Source of the DNA: Candidatus Hodarchaeota archaeon
Lineage (GTDB): Archaea > Asgardarchaeota > Heimdallarchaeia > Hodarchaeales > Hodarchaeaceae
Reading direction: 5' to 3'
Assembly: GCA_016840035.1 (NCBI GenBank)
Contig: JAEOTC010000215.1
Coordinates: 1-11,746, forward strand
DNA: 11,746 bases
In this document: one piece after another, positions 7,073-11,746 of the stretch
Layout: the number at the start of each line of letters is the position of its first letter
How positions within the stretch are numbered: the stretch's first letter is position 1
Made by a program: the position numbers and the translations under genes
The notes under the pieces: model-generated
The model's database searches: none
Told to the model about the DNA's origin: nothing
The model's input: only the letters and a program-made list of their open reading frames with translations

Positions 7073-9397
7073 TTGGAGAAATCAGAGCAATCAATTGAAG
7101 AAAGAGTATTATCCAGATTGATAGAAGCAGTTGATGAGATCGAAATTTACACAAAGGAAGTTGAATATAAGGTATTTGAACACATTCTAGGTTTTTTATT
7201 CGCACGTGTTTTGGATAATAAAGTAACTAGCTCTGAAAAAGGGGAAAAAGAATACGAATCTGTTATTATTAGAGCCGCGGCATTCATTATTGTTACCCAA
7301 ATGTTATGCTATCTTATCTTAAAACAAGAAACTACTCAAAATGTGGAAAAAATTGATGCTATTCTAGACACTCGGGAAATTCAAACGTTTTTTGATGAAA
7401 TGATTAATGATAAACGGTATGAAATAATATTTAGAGCCCGAATTGTAGAACTACTCCCAGAAGAATCGATATCTACCTTGAAAAACGTGTTTATGGAACT
7501 GGCAAATTTCAAACTTAATAAAATTCAATCAGATATCCTGGGAAAAATATTCCATGGATTAATTCCATTCGAATTAAGGAAGTTTTTAGCTGCATACTAT
7601 ACTTCTAATGTGGTTGGAGAATTTTTATCTTATTTAGCAATTAAAGATGCCAATACCAAAATTATGGATCCAGCTTGTGGGTCTGGAACATTATTAGTGA
7701 GTGCTTACAAACGGGTCAAAGAAATCAATGAATCTTTAAAACATTACCAAATTCTACAGAATTTATTTGGGGTTGATGTGTCATTATTTGCAGGACAACT
7801 AGCTGGAATAAATCTTGCTTTCCAAGAACCAATGAATTCCCTTGATAAATCTCAAATCTCTTTTATTGATATCTTTAAACTTACAATTAACACAAAAAAA
7901 AATACTGATGATTTCAGTTTTACTGTACCAAAAATAGATATTTTACTTGGAAATCCTCCTTTTACAAGAGGAGATCGATTAGATAGTGATTATAAAGACT
8001 TTTTAGAAACACACCTTCACCGTCACGGTATTTCTTTAGATTATCACAAAAAATACCTGGGATTATACGCATATTTTCTATTAGATTCACTCAGACTATT
8101 GAAAGATAATGGAAAACTTGCATTCATACTTCCAATATCAATGATTAACTCTTTAACAATGAAACCCGTGATTCAATTTCTATTAAAGGAATATGATTTT
8201 CAATACTTCATAACATCAGATGCTCAGGTTGCTTTTTCAGAACAATGTGCATTCAAAGAAATTTTATTTATAGCTCAAAGGACTGAACAACAACCTGAAA
8301 GAAAAACTAAATTTGTTGTATTGAAGAAGAAATTGTCCTTGGAGAATTATAACTCCTTAGCGAGGATGATTGAAGAATCTAAAGAAGATTATGAAGATAC
8401 ATCTATTCGAATCAGGCATGTTGAAAAAAGGGACCTATATGAAACTGTCATGTTGAATTGGGTAGTATATTTTTATAATTCAACTTTCTTCTGGCTTTTT
8501 GAGAAGATAAGTAAGTCAGAATTTGTTTCACCAACAAAGCAAATTGTAAGGGTTCCACGTTACGATATTGATCGGGGTCTTCGTGCGGGAGTTTCAGATT
8601 TCTTTTATCTTCCCAATAAATACTGGAAAATTATTGATGAATCGAATAGGTGGATCAAGATCCAGAATGAGGAAGATAATTCTATCTTAAAGATACCACT
8701 CCGCAATGTATCCCCCGTTTTAAGGAAATCATCCTTATATAATCGAATTACACCAGAAGTATCAGAATATATCGTTGTGGTCTCTGATGATATCAGATCA
8801 AAAGAACCTGTTAAGGATTTCATTCAATGGGGTGCTAATAAATTTCAAAAACAACAAGGATTTGAAACATTAGCTTATAACCATATTAATCAAGGACGAA
8901 AAATAGCTCGAGTAGGTATCACACATGAGATTAGTTTGAATAGTAATAGATTTGTTGCTTTCTATTCCCCAATTCCGTTAGTTCTTACTGATAATTTCAT
9001 TTTCATTAGGACTTTTGATGAAGAAAAAGACAAAGTGCTTGCAGCTTATTTGAACAGCTCAGTATTTCTCTTAACATATTTTGTTCTTCGAAGAGAAAAG
9101 ACTGGTCCCCTTGGACAAGTGTTTGGAAGTGATGTTCGAAACTTTTTTTGCTTAAATCCCCATAAGGTAAAAAAGGCTGATTGTAAGGAGCTCTTTCAAA
9201 TTTTTGACCGATTTATTCGAGAATCGGGAGATTTTTCCTCCATTTATTCTCAGATTCAAGGAGCAATGACAAATAGGAATAAAAATAGATTGCTATTAGA
9301 CACAAAAATCTGTGAAATCCTGTTGATTAAGGATATACCATCATTTTTGAGACAACTTTATGAAACATTGTCAGAGGAACTCAACAAATTTAAATGA
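7073..9397 (+). CDS. Gamma-class N6-adenine DNA methyltransferase with a C-terminal target-recognition region (Type IIG/Eco57I-like, no evident nuclease domain)
   Basis: Helical region, then DILGKIFHGLIP..LRK..AAYYT (motif X), MDPACGSGTLL (motif I, 7667-7687), FGVDV, GNPPFTRG (motif IV, 7952-7963), LYAYFL...L.LLKDNGKLAFILP. TRD-like C-terminus with RG.R.G..DFFY and LAAYLNSS. TTG start preceded by GAAGTGA. Confidence 0.9.
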   Translation: MEKSEQSIEERVLSRLIEAVDEIEIYTKEVEYKVFEHILGFLFARVLDNKVTSSEKGEKEYESVIIRAAAFIIVTQMLCYLILKQETTQNVEKIDAILDTREIQTFFDEMINDKRYEIIFRARIVELLPEESISTLKNVFMELANFKLNKIQSDILGKIFHGLIPFELRKFLAAYYTSNVVGEFLSYLAIKDANTKIMDPACGSGTLLVSAYKRVKEINESLKHYQILQNLFGVDVSLFAGQLAGINLAFQEPMNSLDKSQISFIDIFKLTINTKKNTDDFSFTVPKIDILLGNPPFTRGDRLDSDYKDFLETHLHRHGISLDYHKKYLGLYAYFLLDSLRLLKDNGKLAFILPISMINSLTMKPVIQFLLKEYDFQYFITSDAQVAFSEQCAFKEILFIAQRTEQQPERKTKFVVLKKKLSLENYNSLARMIEESKEDYEDTSIRIRHVEKRDLYETVMLNWVVYFYNSTFFWLFEKISKSEFVSPTKQIVRVPRYDIDRGLRAGVSDFFYLPNKYWKIIDESNRWIKIQNEEDNSILKIPLRNVSPVLRKSSLYNRITPEVSEYIVVVSDDIRSKEPVKDFIQWGANKFQKQQGFETLAYNHINQGRKIARVGITHEISLNSNRFVAFYSPIPLVLTDNFIFIRTFDEEKDKVLAAYLNSSVFLLTYFVLRREKTGPLGQVFGSDVRNFFCLNPHKVKKADCKELFQIFDRFIRESGDFSSIYSQIQGAMTNRNKNRLLLDTKICEILLIKDIPSFLRQLYETLSEELNKFK

Positions 9398-9416
9398 GAA
9401 TATTGGATCTGATAAC

Positions 9417-9429
9417 TGGATGACATCCA
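9417..9429. promoter_or_regulatory. Perfect inverted repeat TGGATG-A-CATCCA overlapping the putative RBS of the second methyltransferase
   Basis: 6-1-6 palindrome ending 1 nt before GTG 9431; includes the SD-like GGATGA. Confidence 0.3.
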
Positions 9430-9430
9430 A

Positions 9431-11539
9431 GTGACAATCGAAGAAAGGTTCCCACTTGTTGCTATTCAACCGTTAGCAAAAGTGGAGTCTCAGAGACGAC
9501 AATTCTACAGGCCTATATATTCAGTCCATAAATCATGGGCACGCAGGCCTGGAACAACATTTCGTGCGATTGGACTGGCTCATTTTTGTCAAGATGTTCT
9601 TTTCGACCCCAACCAGTCGGGAAAAGGAGCTTTCTATCAAAATCATGATTTTCATGGTAAAATTGCTCTAGATCCTTTCTGCGGTGGAGGGACTAGCATT
9701 GTTGAATTACATCGGCTCGGTATAAAGACAATTGGTATCGATGTAAATCCAATTGCATGGATGACAACAAAAATGGAAATGGATTCGTTTGATGAGGAAA
9801 AATTTGACCAAGAGGTGGAAAAACTCTTTCAAGGTGTTGGCCAACAAATCTGTTACTACTATAAAACACAATGTCCAGACTGTCATTCTTCTGAAGCAGA
9901 TATTATGTATACTTTTTGGGTAAGAACTATTATCTGCCCATCCTGCCAATCTGAAGAAGATCTCTTCAAATACTACATAATTGGCAAAAAACAACGAAAA
10001 GATCCTGCTACCATGGTGATATGTCCTCAATGTGACCATCTATTCTATACATTGGAAAAAATTAGTGAAGTATCTTGTTGTCCCCATTGTTCTTTTGAGT
10101 ATATTCCAAAATTGGGGAATTGTAAGAAGAAACAATTTACTTGTACTAATTGCCGTCACAAATCTAGGTTAATCGAGCTCATCCAAGAATCTGAAATATC
10201 TTTATCAGCAAGGCAAATAGCAATAGAATTTTTTTGTCCTGAATGTGGAATTCGTGATTATAAAAAAGTAACCAAGGAAGATATTGAGCGATTTAATGAA
10301 GTACAAGAAGCTTTCACTAAAAATCAGGATAAACTCTCATATCCTCGGGAATTTCTACCCGATGAGGGTAAGAATATTTCAAACCTCAAAAATTACGGTT
10401 TCAGACGTTTCTCAGACCTTTTCAACGAGAGACAATTATTGAGTTTGAGTCTTCTTTTAAACTCTATATCCAAGGTTTCAGATCAAAGGATCAAAGAATA
10501 TCTCTTAACAGCTTTTTCAAGTAGTTTGGAATTTCATACCGTAATCTGTCCCTATAATTACACAATGAAACAGATCGTAAATGTCTTTAACTACCAATCT
10601 TTCTTGGTTCCAACAATGTATGTGGAAAATAATGTCTGGGGAACAAGGAAAGGTAATGGAACTTTTTTAACCTACATTGATAGGATGAAAAAAGCTAAGG
10701 CTTTTTGCAAATCACCGTTTGAAATAGACTTTCAGAATGACGAAATAGTTAGGGTTCCTATCAAAGGAGATAGCATTGAAGCTAAGTCGGTTGATAGCTT
10801 TCAAGCTTTAGCGGTTAGTAATGAAGCCAACACATTACTCATTAACGAAACTTCTGAGGATCTTCAGATTCTTGGTATTCCTCCTAATTCGGTTGATATC
10901 GTGGTGACTGATCCTCCTTATTTTGACTATATTCAGTATGGTGAGCTAGCAAATTTCTTCTATGTCTGGCTTAAAATTGTCCTAGGTTCTCAATATCCCG
11001 CCTTTCAAGCCAATCTAATCCAAACGGGGCAAGAAATAGGTACATCACATGAAGAGGAGACATTCCTTAAGAAAATCACAAGGGTATTTCAAGAATGCCA
11101 TAAAGTATTAAAACCAGTGGCACCAATGGTTTTTACATTTCATCACTCCAGTGCTACAGCGTGGACAATGATTCTTGAAGCTTTGAAACGTAGCCAATTT
11201 CTCATCACTGCAGCATTTCCAGTTCAGAGTGAGTTTCGTGCACGGCCTGTTAAAGGAAGAAACTTTGATATTATTTTAGTTTGCCGAAAAATCCCTGATA
11301 GTTACAGTTCAAAAAAACCAATGCGATCAAAAACCTTAGAGTCGGAGATTGAGAATATTATTGAAGAGAGTATAGCCTCCCCAATGCAGAAGCTGAATGT
11401 GGCACCATGGGAAGAGATTTTTGCCTCCTTTCTACCAAAAATCACTGATTTTTATGCTCAAAATCCTTCTGTAAACCTAGAAGAAATTATTTCAAAGATA
11501 TTTAGCCTTCAAAAAAACATTAAAATGCCTCCGAATTAG
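9431..11539 (+). CDS. DUF1156/COG1743-like DNA amino-methyltransferase with a multi-Zn-ribbon insertion
   Basis: N-terminal HKSWARRP (DUF1156-type signature, 9527), LDPFCGGG motif I (9671), GIDVNPIA, six CxxC motifs (9872-10246), F..LFN.RQLL.L, VVTDPPYFD motif IV (10910), ELANFFYVWLK, and VL.P....VFTFHHS...AW. Confidence 0.9.
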   Translation: MTIEERFPLVAIQPLAKVESQRRQFYRPIYSVHKSWARRPGTTFRAIGLAHFCQDVLFDPNQSGKGAFYQNHDFHGKIALDPFCGGGTSIVELHRLGIKTIGIDVNPIAWMTTKMEMDSFDEEKFDQEVEKLFQGVGQQICYYYKTQCPDCHSSEADIMYTFWVRTIICPSCQSEEDLFKYYIIGKKQRKDPATMVICPQCDHLFYTLEKISEVSCCPHCSFEYIPKLGNCKKKQFTCTNCRHKSRLIELIQESEISLSARQIAIEFFCPECGIRDYKKVTKEDIERFNEVQEAFTKNQDKLSYPREFLPDEGKNISNLKNYGFRRFSDLFNERQLLSLSLLLNSISKVSDQRIKEYLLTAFSSSLEFHTVICPYNYTMKQIVNVFNYQSFLVPTMYVENNVWGTRKGNGTFLTYIDRMKKAKAFCKSPFEIDFQNDEIVRVPIKGDSIEAKSVDSFQALAVSNEANTLLINETSEDLQILGIPPNSVDIVVTDPPYFDYIQYGELANFFYVWLKIVLGSQYPAFQANLIQTGQEIGTSHEEETFLKKITRVFQECHKVLKPVAPMVFTFHHSSATAWTMILEALKRSQFLITAAFPVQSEFRARPVKGRNFDIILVCRKIPDSYSSKKPMRSKTLESEIENIIEESIASPMQKLNVAPWEEIFASFLPKITDFYAQNPSVNLEEIISKIFSLQKNIKMPPN

Positions 11540-11578
11540 TTGACTTTTCTAGTATAGAAGAAGAATATTTTTAATGAA

Positions 11579-11746
11579 ATGAATGAAAACACAATAGACG
11601 TGATTTCCATGAGTGGAGAATATTTTGGACATTTACTGAAAGATAAAAAAATCCATAAAAAAGGAACTGAGTTATTTCTTAAGCTCGTTGAATCAACAGA
11701 ACTAGCTTTCGACAAATACGAAAAAGCATTGAAAGCATGGCGAGGA
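11579..11746 (+). CDS. Partial CDS running off the right edge; possibly a DUF47/PhoU-like helical protein
   Basis: Not in the ORF track. Open frame MNENTIDVISMSGEYFGHLLKDKKIHKKGTELFLKLVESTELAFDKYEKALKAWRG; ATG 11609 is an alternative start with GTGA upstream. The long amphipathic helix recalls DUF47 N-termini, but the product call is tentative. Confidence 0.5.
   Translation, partial: MNENTIDVISMSGEYFGHLLKDKKIHKKGTELFLKLVESTELAFDKYEKALKAWRG

Noticed and set aside
9395-9433. The two MTase genes are in the same reading frame, suggesting readthrough or a split fusion
   Set aside because: Three in-frame stops intervene (TGA...TGA TAA), the second gene has its own RBS-like sequence, and frame sharing has a 1-in-3 chance.
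6978-10039. Antisense ORFs 6978-7205, 8605-8823 and 9707-10039 as a hidden nuclease or controller protein
   Set aside because: They lie antisense to the MTases and show no HTH, HNH or PD-(D/E)xK features.
7073-11539. Assignment to BREX, DISARM or a Type I/III R-M system
   Set aside because: No PglZ, BrxC, DrmA/B, HsdR/HsdS or Res genes are present in the window.

Overview
AT-rich, gene-dense window, most likely from an archaeal chromosome. The surface-protein style and GGTGA-like ribosome-binding sites suggest an Asgard (Heimdallarchaeia/Hodarchaeales-like) genome, but this is inference only. Left half, mostly minus strand: the 5' end of a secreted or membrane protein cut by the window edge, a 963-aa membrane-anchored NosD/parallel beta-helix protein with a recently duplicated coil, a 2-TM hypothetical protein, a plus-strand histidine phosphatase, a 4-TM protein, a winged-HTH regulator and a tandem GNAT acetyltransferase. 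Right half, plus strand: two unrelated DNA amino-methyltransferases in tandem. The first resembles a Type IIG enzyme lacking its nuclease domain; the second is DUF1156/COG1743-like with six CxxC motifs. No restriction nuclease, helicase or ATPase is visible beside them, and they are followed by the start of a possible DUF47/PhoU-like gene. This apparently nuclease-free MTase pair is the best candidate for an undescribed system. No RNA genes, CRISPR arrays or transposases were seen.
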